Assembly: GCA_049903315.1 (NCBI GenBank)
Contig: JBNGBT010000001.1
Span: 224,001 to 288,000 of the forward strand
Direction of reading: 5' to 3'
From: Candidatus Cloacimonadota bacterium
GTDB lineage: Bacteria; Cloacimonadota; Cloacimonadia; JGIOTU-2
DNA length: 64,000 nucleotides
Shown piece after piece: positions 10,299 through 18,728 of the stretch. Positions within the stretch are counted from its first letter, which is position 1, and every line of letters begins with the position of its first letter. The translations under genes and the position numbers were made by a program. Under the pieces are notes generated by a model. It was not told where the DNA came from and did no database searches. It saw nothing but the letters and a program-made list of their open reading frames with translations.

Positions 10299-12215
10299 AT
10301 GAAAAAGATTAAATTTAGATTCGTCATCATTTTTTCGATCTTCGTGTTTGTCGCGGTCATGCTTTTGTCAATGACGCGAATTTATAAAAATCTCGAACTC
10401 ATCTGGATAGATACGAATTTCAACCTTCGGGGACCACTCGAAGTGTCCCAGGATATCGTTATTCTTGATGTCTCTGACGAAGCTTTCGAGGAGCTTGGAA
10501 GGTACCCGTTTCCACGGAGTTACTTTGCGCATCTAATAGAAAATCTCAACAAAGCAGGTGCTGCGGTTATTATATTTGATATTGAGTTCACAGAACCGAC
10601 ACTCGCAAAAGAGGATGTCGATCTCGGAGTGACAGCAGCAGAATATGGAAATGTTATTTTTGCTGGAAAGCTCAGTGAAATACGGAAAACCGGATCAGTT
10701 ACACTCAGAATTGTGCCGCCTATTAATGAAATTACTGATAGAGATTTGCAATGGGGACTTGTTGGTATATCTCAGGACCAGGACGGATTTGTGCGAAAAT
10801 ACACACTTTTCTCAACCTTTTCTGACCAACCGTACTACACAATTGGAGTGAAGGGACTGGAAATGCTTCTTGCTCAAAAACAGGGTGAAGAACCGAAGAT
10901 TTTTAATTCTCATGAAAATTTTATACTCGGATCATATGTTATTCCAAAATATTCCGGCAATACGGTCATTATCAATTATTATGGACCTGCAAACACATTC
11001 CCGTATTATCATATAGATACAGTGCTGGATGACAGCACGTTCCAGGTCCGCAGCGAGCAGGCATTCGGATTGGATTTCAATACATTTGAGAATTATCTGG
11101 AAACAGGCACTTTTAAGGATAAAATAGTGCTGGTAGGAGCTTCAGCTGAGGAACTTCATGATCTTTTCCCCACACCCTTTTATAATCCTGGAAAGGGACA
11201 AGGACTCACCCCTGGTGTGGAGATCCATGCGAATTTTCTTGAGATGGTACTGCATTCCAATTATTTAAGATCCTTCAGCTATCTCTACCTTGTGCTTGGC
11301 CTCCTGATCATGATCCTGATCGTCAATGTGATATTCAATTTTTTCAAACCTACTATAAATGCTGTGATCGGAGTGCTGCTCATTGCGGGATATCTGATTT
11401 TTGTTTACTTTATGTTCAAATCAAATCATACTATTGTGAACGTGACGGAAGTCCCATCTGCGATTTTGATCTCATTCCTTGGAAATCTGATCATGCAATA
11501 CTACATGGGCAGGAAAGAGAAACTTTTCGTTAAAAAGGCGTTCCAGCAGTATGTGGCAAAAGATATCGTTGATCTCATCATGAAAGATCCCAAGCGTTTA
11601 AAATTTGGGGGACAGGTTCAGGAACTCACAGTACTTTTCTCTGATCTTCGGTCATTTACAACCTATTCCGAACAACACGAAACTCAGGAAGTCGTTGATA
11701 TTCTGCGCGAGTACCTGACCGAGATGGTTGAAATCCTGAAAGATAACAGCGGAACAGTTGATAAGTTCATCGGTGATGCGATCATGGCGCTTTTCGGTGT
11801 GCCGTATTACTACGATATGCATGCATACAATGCGTGTAAGACAGCACTACTCATGGCAGAAAAATTGAAACAGTTACAAGAAAAATGGACAAAAGAAGGC
11901 AAGGACTGTGTGCAGTTCGGTATTGGTATTCATACAGGATCAGCACTTGTTGGGAACCTCGGATCGGAGCAGATCTTCGACTATACAGCAATTGGTGATA
12001 CTATTAATTCCGGTGCGCGTATCGAACCAATGAATAAAATCTATGAAACTGAAAATCATATTATAATTAGTGAAACAACATACGAAGCGGTGAAAGATAA
12101 AGTCGAAGCCCGTTACCTGGATACAAAAACACTTCGGGGAAAGGGCAAACCGCTTAAATTGTATGAATTGATCTCTCTCAAAGAAGATTTGAATGTGCAG
12201 AAGACGATAGAGTAA
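10299..12215 (+). CDS. CHASE2-domain class III adenylate cyclase
   Basis: CHASE2 (LGRYPFPRS, FDIEF, DGFVRK, PGVEIHAN), three TM helices; cyclase motifs FSDLRSFT, DKFIGDAIMA, DYTAIGDTINSGARIE (Lys/Asp pair typical of ATP specificity). Confidence 0.93.
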   Translation: MKKIKFRFVIIFSIFVFVAVMLLSMTRIYKNLELIWIDTNFNLRGPLEVSQDIVILDVSDEAFEELGRYPFPRSYFAHLIENLNKAGAAVIIFDIEFTEPTLAKEDVDLGVTAAEYGNVIFAGKLSEIRKTGSVTLRIVPPINEITDRDLQWGLVGISQDQDGFVRKYTLFSTFSDQPYYTIGVKGLEMLLAQKQGEEPKIFNSHENFILGSYVIPKYSGNTVIINYYGPANTFPYYHIDTVLDDSTFQVRSEQAFGLDFNTFENYLETGTFKDKIVLVGASAEELHDLFPTPFYNPGKGQGLTPGVEIHANFLEMVLHSNYLRSFSYLYLVLGLLIMILIVNVIFNFFKPTINAVIGVLLIAGYLIFVYFMFKSNHTIVNVTEVPSAILISFLGNLIMQYYMGRKEKLFVKKAFQQYVAKDIVDLIMKDPKRLKFGGQVQELTVLFSDLRSFTTYSEQHETQEVVDILREYLTEMVEILKDNSGTVDKFIGDAIMALFGVPYYYDMHAYNACKTALLMAEKLKQLQEKWTKEGKDCVQFGIGIHTGSALVGNLGSEQIFDYTAIGDTINSGARIEPMNKIYETENHIIISETTYEAVKDKVEARYLDTKTLRGKGKPLKLYELISLKEDLNVQKTIE

Positions 12216-12222
12216 GTTCGGC

Positions 12223-12861
12223 TTACTTCAAATATTGAAATATATCGCTTAAAGTAGTAAGATAGTAATCCGCTCCTTTGAGATATTCTTTGGGGAGCGT
12301 TGTTGCGATTGCTGCAACTTTTATTCCTGCATTCTTCCCTGATTCGATGCCAAGTGGCGCATTTTCAATAACCAGACATTCATCCTTTTTTAAGCCAAGC
12401 TTTTTTCTGGCAATGTCGTAAGGATCGGGATTGGGCTTTGCTCGGGGAATGTCATCTCCAGTGATGATCACATCAAAATATTTTAACTCATTTTCCGAGA
12501 GTGCGTGGTTCATGTTCTTCTTAGCACAAGCGGTTACCAAAGCCAGAGTATATCCCTCTTTATGAAGTTTCTTTAAGGTTTCTTTTGCTTCAGGATAGAA
12601 TTGTACATCAACGATAGAGCGGTAATATGCGCGTTTGGTCTCAATAAAATCATGACGCTGATCTTCGGGAATGTCAATACCTGCTTCTTCAATCAGGAGG
12701 GGAAGGATTTCTCGTGAACTTCTTCCTTCATGAAGGAGGACGGTGAGTTCTTGGACCTCACCGCCCCATTTGCGAAACATTTCCTGCCAGGCAAGAAAGT
12801 GAAAATGAAGAGTGTCAACAATTACACCATCAAGATCAAATAGAATGGCTTTAACAGGCAT
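12223..12861 (-). CDS. HAD family phosphatase, beta-phosphoglucomutase-like
   Basis: LFDLDGVIVDT motif I, ALVT, KPNPDPY, VIENAPLG. Confidence 0.85.
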   Translation of the reverse strand: MPVKAILFDLDGVIVDTLHFHFLAWQEMFRKWGGEVQELTVLLHEGRSSREILPLLIEEAGIDIPEDQRHDFIETKRAYYRSIVDVQFYPEAKETLKKLHKEGYTLALVTACAKKNMNHALSENELKYFDVIITGDDIPRAKPNPDPYDIARKKLGLKKDECLVIENAPLGIESGKNAGIKVAAIATTLPKEYLKGADYYLTTLSDIFQYLK

Positions 12862-12872
12862 CTACGTCTGTG

Positions 12873-13058
12873 CTACTCCTTTTTCTTATCAGCGAGAAGG
12901 AACGCAATGGAGAAAAGAATAAGGAGAGTAGCAACATGGATGAAGTTGATACCTTTGGTAACACCAAGGAATGGAACAACGCCAAATAGCCACATGATAT
13001 CACCAAAGATGAATAAGATCACAGCGAGAATACCGCAAATCCATGCAAGTATTTTCAT
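12873..13058 (-). CDS. Small membrane protein (2 TM helices), unknown function
   Basis: 61 aa, two hydrophobic helices, strong RBS (taaggggg) upstream, co-oriented with its neighbours. Confidence 0.7.
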   Translation of the reverse strand: MKILAWICGILAVILFIFGDIMWLFGVVPFLGVTKGINFIHVATLLILFSIAFLLADKKKE

Positions 13059-13096
13059 GTGTCCCCCTTATGTTTTTTTTGATGCTTCTGCACCAT

Positions 13097-14062
13097 CTAT
13101 TTATTTAACATCTGCTTTGCAAGATTGAGGAATTGCTGAGCTTCTGCGCTGTCTGGCTCAACGTCGAGCCATTTCTGCGCATAAATGACCAGATCAGTAT
13201 AGTTCTTTGTATTACTCAGGCAATAGCAAAGATACTTGAGCGCTTCAAGCTCTGTAGGATCAACCGCGACAACTTTTTCATAATATATTGCTGCCTCAGT
13301 ATAATTTTTTTGATTGAACTGCATGTCCGCAATATTATAAAGTAATTCCTTATTACTCGGATCGATTGTAATAGCTTTTAATGCAAACTCCATGGCAGCT
13401 TCAGTATTTCCAAGTTTAATTTCTCCAACCCAGACATTATAAAGCCAGTCAATGTTTTGAGGATCCAAATTATGAAGAACTAAAAAATATTCAACAGATT
13501 TTTCGTAGTCACCTTGATTAAAGTAGGTTGTGGCAATTCTATTGAGGGCAAAAACGCTTTCGGGATCCTTATCATAGATTTGAAGATACACATCCAGGGC
13601 TTTATCAATATCACCTGAACGAATGTAGGTATCACCAAGCAATTCGAATGTGATCATGCTATCGGGTTGTATTTCGTGGGCTTGATTCAGTTTGATTAAA
13701 GCTTCTGAATAATTATCTTCTTTCAGCTCTTCAAGTCCCTGATTGTGGAGTTGGCTCCAGGTCGCAAGTTTTATTACGTTAACTTCTTTTTCCTTACCCG
13801 GATCAGCTTTTAATGCTTTCATTGCATATTGATAAGCTGTGTAATATTCTTCCTTATATTGACCGTAAATTTGAGACATGAAGAGGTATGCATCTGCATT
13901 TCCGGGATTTGCTTCGATCTCTTTTTGAAGATTTTCAATAGCTTTATCCGGATCGTCTTCGTCACGAATAGCAAGCTTTGCAGTTCTCATATACATGCTC
14001 TCACATGCAACAAGAACCAACACCGCAACAATAACCAAGAATATTGGAAGATATTTTTTCAT
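13097..14062 (-). CDS. TPR-repeat lipoprotein
   Basis: Lipobox LVAC; repeated TPR-like helices ending ...DP/NP; RBS aggag. Confidence 0.85.
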   Translation of the reverse strand: MKKYLPIFLVIVAVLVLVACESMYMRTAKLAIRDEDDPDKAIENLQKEIEANPGNADAYLFMSQIYGQYKEEYYTAYQYAMKALKADPGKEKEVNVIKLATWSQLHNQGLEELKEDNYSEALIKLNQAHEIQPDSMITFELLGDTYIRSGDIDKALDVYLQIYDKDPESVFALNRIATTYFNQGDYEKSVEYFLVLHNLDPQNIDWLYNVWVGEIKLGNTEAAMEFALKAITIDPSNKELLYNIADMQFNQKNYTEAAIYYEKVVAVDPTELEALKYLCYCLSNTKNYTDLVIYAQKWLDVEPDSAEAQQFLNLAKQMLNK

Positions 14063-14116
14063 TTGTTCTCCTTTTTAAGAAAAATTTTCAGAAAAATCCG
14101 AGAGCTGGAGAGTTCG

Positions 14117-15412
14117 TCAAGAATTTTCATACTGTGACGATACTCTTTTAACCCATAGAGTGAGATTATCAATTTTCACCACTTCGATTGGTTCATTCTT
14201 TTCAATTTTACCATCTGTAGAGATTGCTTTCCAAAGCTCGCCACGAACAAAAACCTGCCCCTCTGGATTGAGAATAGTTTTTGTAAGTCCTCTCTCACCA
14301 ATCTCGCCTTCACGTCCTGTGGTTATCTTGCTTTTATGAACCTTGAGCACAAGTGTGACAAGAAGCAGAAAGAAGAGTATTGTAAATATCGCAACCCCAA
14401 TGATGAGTGAAATTGAAATTCGCAGGAAAGGAGCTTTGGACTGGATTAACATCATTGAGCCAAGTATGATGCCCACGACACCTCCTATTCCTAATATTCC
14501 TGAGGATTGCACCTTGAGTTCAAGAAAAAGCAAGATGAATCCCACGACAATAAGTAATAATCCCACAATGTTGACTGGCAGATTTGAAAGAGCAAAGAAA
14601 GCGAGCAGGAGAGAAATCGCGCCGAAAACTCCCGCAAAGCCAATTCCCGGTGATGAAAATTCTGCAATAAGTCCGTAGATGCCAAGCATCAGGAGTATAT
14701 AGGCAATATTGGGATTTGTTATATAAAATAAAAATTTTTCTATGAAATTCATGCGATGCGGAATGATATCAGCATGGGCAGTACTCATGATGAAGACTTC
14801 GTCATTTTTGATAATTTCAGAAGAGTCTATCTGTTTGAAAAGGTCATTTCTTGAGGAAGCCATATAATTAATGATGTTCTCTTCCAGTGCTTCTCTTGCA
14901 TGAAGTGAAATACTTTCGGAGACCATCTTTTGTGCAATTTCCTCGTTTCTGCCTGTTTTCTGTGCAATAGAAGCAACATAGGAAAGCATGTCGTTGACCA
15001 CTTTTTTTTCCATTGTTGAATCAATTTTTGCTCCCATAGAAACAGGATGGGCAGCACCGATGCTCGAGGTGGGGGTCATCGCATTTATATCGCATGCAAG
15101 CATTATGATAGCGCCTGCGGAAGCAGCACGAGCGCCTTCCGGAGTAACATATCCTATAACGGGAACATCTGCATTCATGATCTTTTGAATGATCTCCCTC
15201 ATAGAAGTATCAAGACCACCTGGTGTGTTGATTTCAATGAGTACTGCCGCATTGTGTGCTTCGGCTGTTTCGATTCTATCTATTATATAATTTGCAATTG
15301 GGGGTCCGATCGTTCCGTCAACAGTGAGGAGATAAATTTCATCAATAGTTGTTTGTGCGTGAATAATAAAAGGAAGAAATAAAATAAAAACTAAAATTAT
15401 TACTTTTTTCAT
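14117..15412 (-). CDS. nfeD: NfeD long form (membrane-bound ClpP-class serine protease + OB fold)
   Basis: INTPGGL, GARAASAG, IGAAHPV, KVVNDM, TM region, C-terminal GQVFVRGELWKA. ATG 15412 with ggag RBS. Confidence 0.92.
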   Translation of the reverse strand: MKKVIILVFILFLPFIIHAQTTIDEIYLLTVDGTIGPPIANYIIDRIETAEAHNAAVLIEINTPGGLDTSMREIIQKIMNADVPVIGYVTPEGARAASAGAIIMLACDINAMTPTSSIGAAHPVSMGAKIDSTMEKKVVNDMLSYVASIAQKTGRNEEIAQKMVSESISLHAREALEENIINYMASSRNDLFKQIDSSEIIKNDEVFIMSTAHADIIPHRMNFIEKFLFYITNPNIAYILLMLGIYGLIAEFSSPGIGFAGVFGAISLLLAFFALSNLPVNIVGLLLIVVGFILLFLELKVQSSGILGIGGVVGIILGSMMLIQSKAPFLRISISLIIGVAIFTILFFLLLVTLVLKVHKSKITTGREGEIGERGLTKTILNPEGQVFVRGELWKAISTDGKIEKNEPIEVVKIDNLTLWVKRVSSQYENS

Positions 15413-15480
15413 TTGAGACTCCACTGATAAAGAAAATATCTATTTTTGAATGTCAACTATTTCTAAAATAAATATTATTA

Positions 15481-15605
15481 ACCACCAGTCTTCTCCGCCC
15501 AGAATTGTGCCATATGACGCATATTTGGCTAGGGGACACCCCCGGGCAGGCGAAATGATACACGGCTTCGCACACTACGCCGCTGCAAGCGAAAGGACGC
15601 GAAAA
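15481..15605. other. GC-rich structured intergenic island, possible ncRNA or cis-element (unassigned)
   Basis: Sharp GC rise within an AT-rich divergent intergenic region; local hairpins atatg-acg-catat and gggg-aca-cccc; no known RNA family recognised. Confidence 0.3.
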
Positions 15606-15749
15606 TAAAAATAATTTATATTGAGTACTCGAAATTGTTCTCAAATCTCAAATTTTCAATCAAGAGTATTTTTTTCTCTGTGTTCTCTGTGGTGTTAAGG
15701 GCTACTACTTAACCTTACAAATCAAATCCAATACTACTCGCTGAAAATC

Positions 15750-15755
15750 TTGACA
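15750..15755 (+). promoter_or_regulatory. Putative -35 element upstream of glgE
   Basis: TTGACA starting 35 nt before the ATG; no canonical -10. Confidence 0.45.
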
Positions 15756-15784
15756 GCATAACCTTAAAACGGTGCAAGAGTCAA

Positions 15785-17482
15785 ATGAAAAACAATGAAA
15801 TAACCTTTTCAAATATATCTCCACTTGTAGATAATGGGCAGTATTATTGCAAGGGGGAAACCGACCTTCTATTCAAAGTATCTGTTACTATCTCAGGACT
15901 GAATGAAAACTCGAAAGTCTTTCTGAATTACCGAAGAACAGAAGAAAAGGGCTGGCAGCAGATTTTAATGAATTCGGTCGAGTCAAACCGATTTGAAGCA
16001 GAGATCAAAACTGACCAAACCGGATTGTATGAATATACTTTTAATGTTGAAATTGATGAGCTTAGCATTACTCATGATCGGATTTATCAGGTTTATTTCG
16101 ACAGACCGAGAGCTCGATTCGCAGCTTGGTATGAGATGTGGCCGCGTTCTCAAGGAAAAATTGAAGGCAAAAGTGCGACCTTCGATAATATGATCAATCG
16201 ACTCCCTTATGTACACGATCTCGGATTCGATACGATCTATCTCGCACCGATCTATCCAGTAGGAAGAACAAATAAAAAGGGACCAAACAACTCATTAAAT
16301 GCAGGACCCAATGACCCGGGAAGTTTGTATTCGATAGGCAATGAGCATGGAGGGCATACAGCAGTCAATCCGGACTTCGGCACTATGGGAGATTTCCATC
16401 GCTTTATAAAAGAAGCGGCAAATTTCGGAATTGAACTCGTAATTGATATTGTGTTTACCTGCTCACCAGACCATCCATGGATAAAGCAACATCCCGAATG
16501 GTTTTATCACAATCCAGACGGCTCGATAAAGTATGCAGAAAATCCACCCAAAAAATATGAGGATGTACATCCGCTTAATTTTGAATGTGAGAACTATCAG
16601 GAGTTGTGGAATGAGTTAAGGGACATTTTTTTATTCTGGATAGACCAGGGAATTAGAACCTTCCGTGTGGACAATCCTCATACAAAGCCAGTCAAATTCT
16701 GGGAGTGGGTCATAGAGGAAATCCATGAAAAAGATTCAGGCGCAATCCTGCTTGCAGAAGCATTCACAGAACCCAAAATGATGAAGCTGCTTGCAAAAAC
16801 AGGCTTTACGCAATCATACACCTATTTCACATGGCGGTATAATAAGCACGATTTCACAGAATATCTCACCGAACTTACTATGACTGATATGCAGTATTAT
16901 TTTCGAGGGAACTTCTTCACCAATACTCCGGATATTCTCATGCCCCTTTTACAGGAAGCAGGCAGACCTGCATTTTTACAGAGAATCGTCCTTGCTGCAA
17001 CACTTTCTTCAGTGTACGGTATGTATAACGGGTATGAGCTCTGTGAAAATCGAGCAATCCCCGGCACCGAAGATTATCTGAATTCAGAAAAATATGAATA
17101 CAAAGTCTGGGATTGGGATCGACCCGGCAACATCAAATCATATATAAAAAACATAAATCAAATCCGCAAAGAAAACAAAGCACTTCATTATTACAGAAAT
17201 CTCACATTTTATGAATCCAGCGACGACAATATTCTCTTTTATGGTAAGACATCTTATGATAAAGAAAGCACAGTTCTCGTTGCTGTAAATATGGATGCAT
17301 ATAATGAACATTCCTGTATCCTGAATCTGCCTGTTGAGAAATTTGGAATCGAGGATGACGAAGAATATACTTTCGAAGAATTGCTGTCCGGAAAAACCTT
17401 TACACAAAAAGGCACGGAACTCTCAATTACTTTATCCAATGAAGATCCGGCATGGATTTTCACAATATATAAAAAGTATTAG
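15785..17482 (+). CDS. glgE: Alpha-1,4-glucan:maltose-1-phosphate maltosyltransferase (GH13_3)
   Basis: AWYEMWPRS, KKGPNNSL, CSPDHPW, YAENPPKKYEDVHP, FRVDNPHTKP, LAEAFT, QSYTYFTWR, NTPDIL, SEKYE. Confidence 0.95.
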   Translation: MKNNEITFSNISPLVDNGQYYCKGETDLLFKVSVTISGLNENSKVFLNYRRTEEKGWQQILMNSVESNRFEAEIKTDQTGLYEYTFNVEIDELSITHDRIYQVYFDRPRARFAAWYEMWPRSQGKIEGKSATFDNMINRLPYVHDLGFDTIYLAPIYPVGRTNKKGPNNSLNAGPNDPGSLYSIGNEHGGHTAVNPDFGTMGDFHRFIKEAANFGIELVIDIVFTCSPDHPWIKQHPEWFYHNPDGSIKYAENPPKKYEDVHPLNFECENYQELWNELRDIFLFWIDQGIRTFRVDNPHTKPVKFWEWVIEEIHEKDSGAILLAEAFTEPKMMKLLAKTGFTQSYTYFTWRYNKHDFTEYLTELTMTDMQYYFRGNFFTNTPDILMPLLQEAGRPAFLQRIVLAATLSSVYGMYNGYELCENRAIPGTEDYLNSEKYEYKVWDWDRPGNIKSYIKNINQIRKENKALHYYRNLTFYESSDDNILFYGKTSYDKESTVLVAVNMDAYNEHSCILNLPVEKFGIEDDEEYTFEELLSGKTFTQKGTELSITLSNEDPAWIFTIYKKY

Positions 17483-17492
17483 AAAGGTTTGT

Positions 17493-18632
17493 ATGAAAGT
17501 TACATTTATTTCAAAAGAATACCCGCCGAATGTCTATGGCGGTGCAGGAGTGCATGTACGCTATCTCGTACAGGAACTTCGCAAAATGATAGATATTGAA
17601 GTGAGAAGTTTTGGTGATCAGGACATCAAAGAGGAAGGCTATCGCGTCAAAGGGTACTCCTCACTTGGTAAATTGGAAGGTGATCCCCGCATCAGTAAAG
17701 CCCTCGACACACTTGGCATCGATCTCTCGATCGTCAATGATGTGATGGACTCCGACATTGTCCATACCCATACATGGTATGCAGCGTTTGCCGGATTTCT
17801 CGCAAAGATCCTATATAATAACAAATTCGTGATTACATCGCACAGTCTCGAACCGCTTCGTCCCTGGAAAGAGGAGCAGCTTGGAGCAGGTTATCGGCTC
17901 AGCAGTTGGGTGGAAAAACTCGGCATCGAAAATGCAGATAGAGTCGTAGCGGTTTCCAACATGATGAAAGCCGATATCCTTAAGTATTTTAATATCGACG
18001 AGAAAAAGATTGCAGTTATTTATAATGGAATTGATACAAGAAAATGGAAACAAACACTCACCGATTACACACTCAAAGAATACGGCATTGATGAGGAATA
18101 TGTGCTTTTTGTGGGCAGAACTACTCAGCAGAAAGGAATGGTCTATCTCATTGAAGCAGCGAAAGATATAAAAGCAAAGGTGGTATTTTGCACAAGCGCA
18201 CCCGATACACAAGAAATCGAGCAGTTACTCACTGAAAAGATGAATGAAACCACGAATACCTTGTGGATAAACAAACTCCTGAAGGAAGAGCAATATATCG
18301 AGTTGTACAGCAATGCATCGGTCTTTGCCTGTCCTTCGATCTACGAACCATTTGGCATAATAAATCTAGAAGCGATGGCGTGCAAGACACCGGTCGTTGC
18401 AAGCAGGGTTGGGGGAATAAAAGAAGTTGTTGTCGAAGGAGAAACAGGGTTCTTCGTCGAACCTAAAAAGCCAAAGCAGCTTGCGGAGAAGATCAATATT
18501 TTGCTTGAAGACAAAGAGTTAGCAAAGAAATTCGGCGATAACGGACGTAAAAGAGTTGAAGAGTTCTTTGACTGGAGGATCATTGCAAAGCAGACAAAAG
18601 AGATGTACGAGAAACTTCTTAAAGAAAAGTAA
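17493..18632 (+). CDS. glgM: GT4 glycosyltransferase of the GlgM (actinobacterial 'GlgA') type, maltose-1-phosphate synthase-like
   Basis: EYPPNVYGGAGVHV, HTHTWYA, HSLEPLRPWKEEQLG, CPSIYEPFGIINLEAMAC; true start ATG 17493 after aaagg. Confidence 0.88.
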   Translation: MKVTFISKEYPPNVYGGAGVHVRYLVQELRKMIDIEVRSFGDQDIKEEGYRVKGYSSLGKLEGDPRISKALDTLGIDLSIVNDVMDSDIVHTHTWYAAFAGFLAKILYNNKFVITSHSLEPLRPWKEEQLGAGYRLSSWVEKLGIENADRVVAVSNMMKADILKYFNIDEKKIAVIYNGIDTRKWKQTLTDYTLKEYGIDEEYVLFVGRTTQQKGMVYLIEAAKDIKAKVVFCTSAPDTQEIEQLLTEKMNETTNTLWINKLLKEEQYIELYSNASVFACPSIYEPFGIINLEAMACKTPVVASRVGGIKEVVVEGETGFFVEPKKPKQLAEKINILLEDKELAKKFGDNGRKRVEEFFDWRIIAKQTKEMYEKLLKEK

Positions 18633-18666
18633 CTGAAATCTCCTGCACTTCATGAAATCGATTTAA

Positions 18667-18672
18667 TTGACA
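18667..18672 (+). promoter_or_regulatory. Putative -35 element upstream of the ABC transporter genes
   Basis: Perfect TTGACA about 60 nt before the ATG. Confidence 0.5.
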
Positions 18673-18728
18673 AAACTTTGCGCGAATCTTGTATTTATTT
18701 GATAAAATTAATGGACTTGAGTATATAA

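Noticed and set aside
10299..12215. CHASE2 cyclase as regulator of the glucan locus
   Set aside because: Proximity only; no CRP-like gene or convincing binding site seen.
15481..15605. Assignment as FMN, c-di-GMP-I, SAM or TPP riboswitch, tRNA-Sec or HDV-like ribozyme
   Set aside because: Only short fragments resemble these (gggcagg.gaaat; gaaaggacgc); the remaining conserved cores are absent. ORF 15453-15644 over this region is also unsupported.
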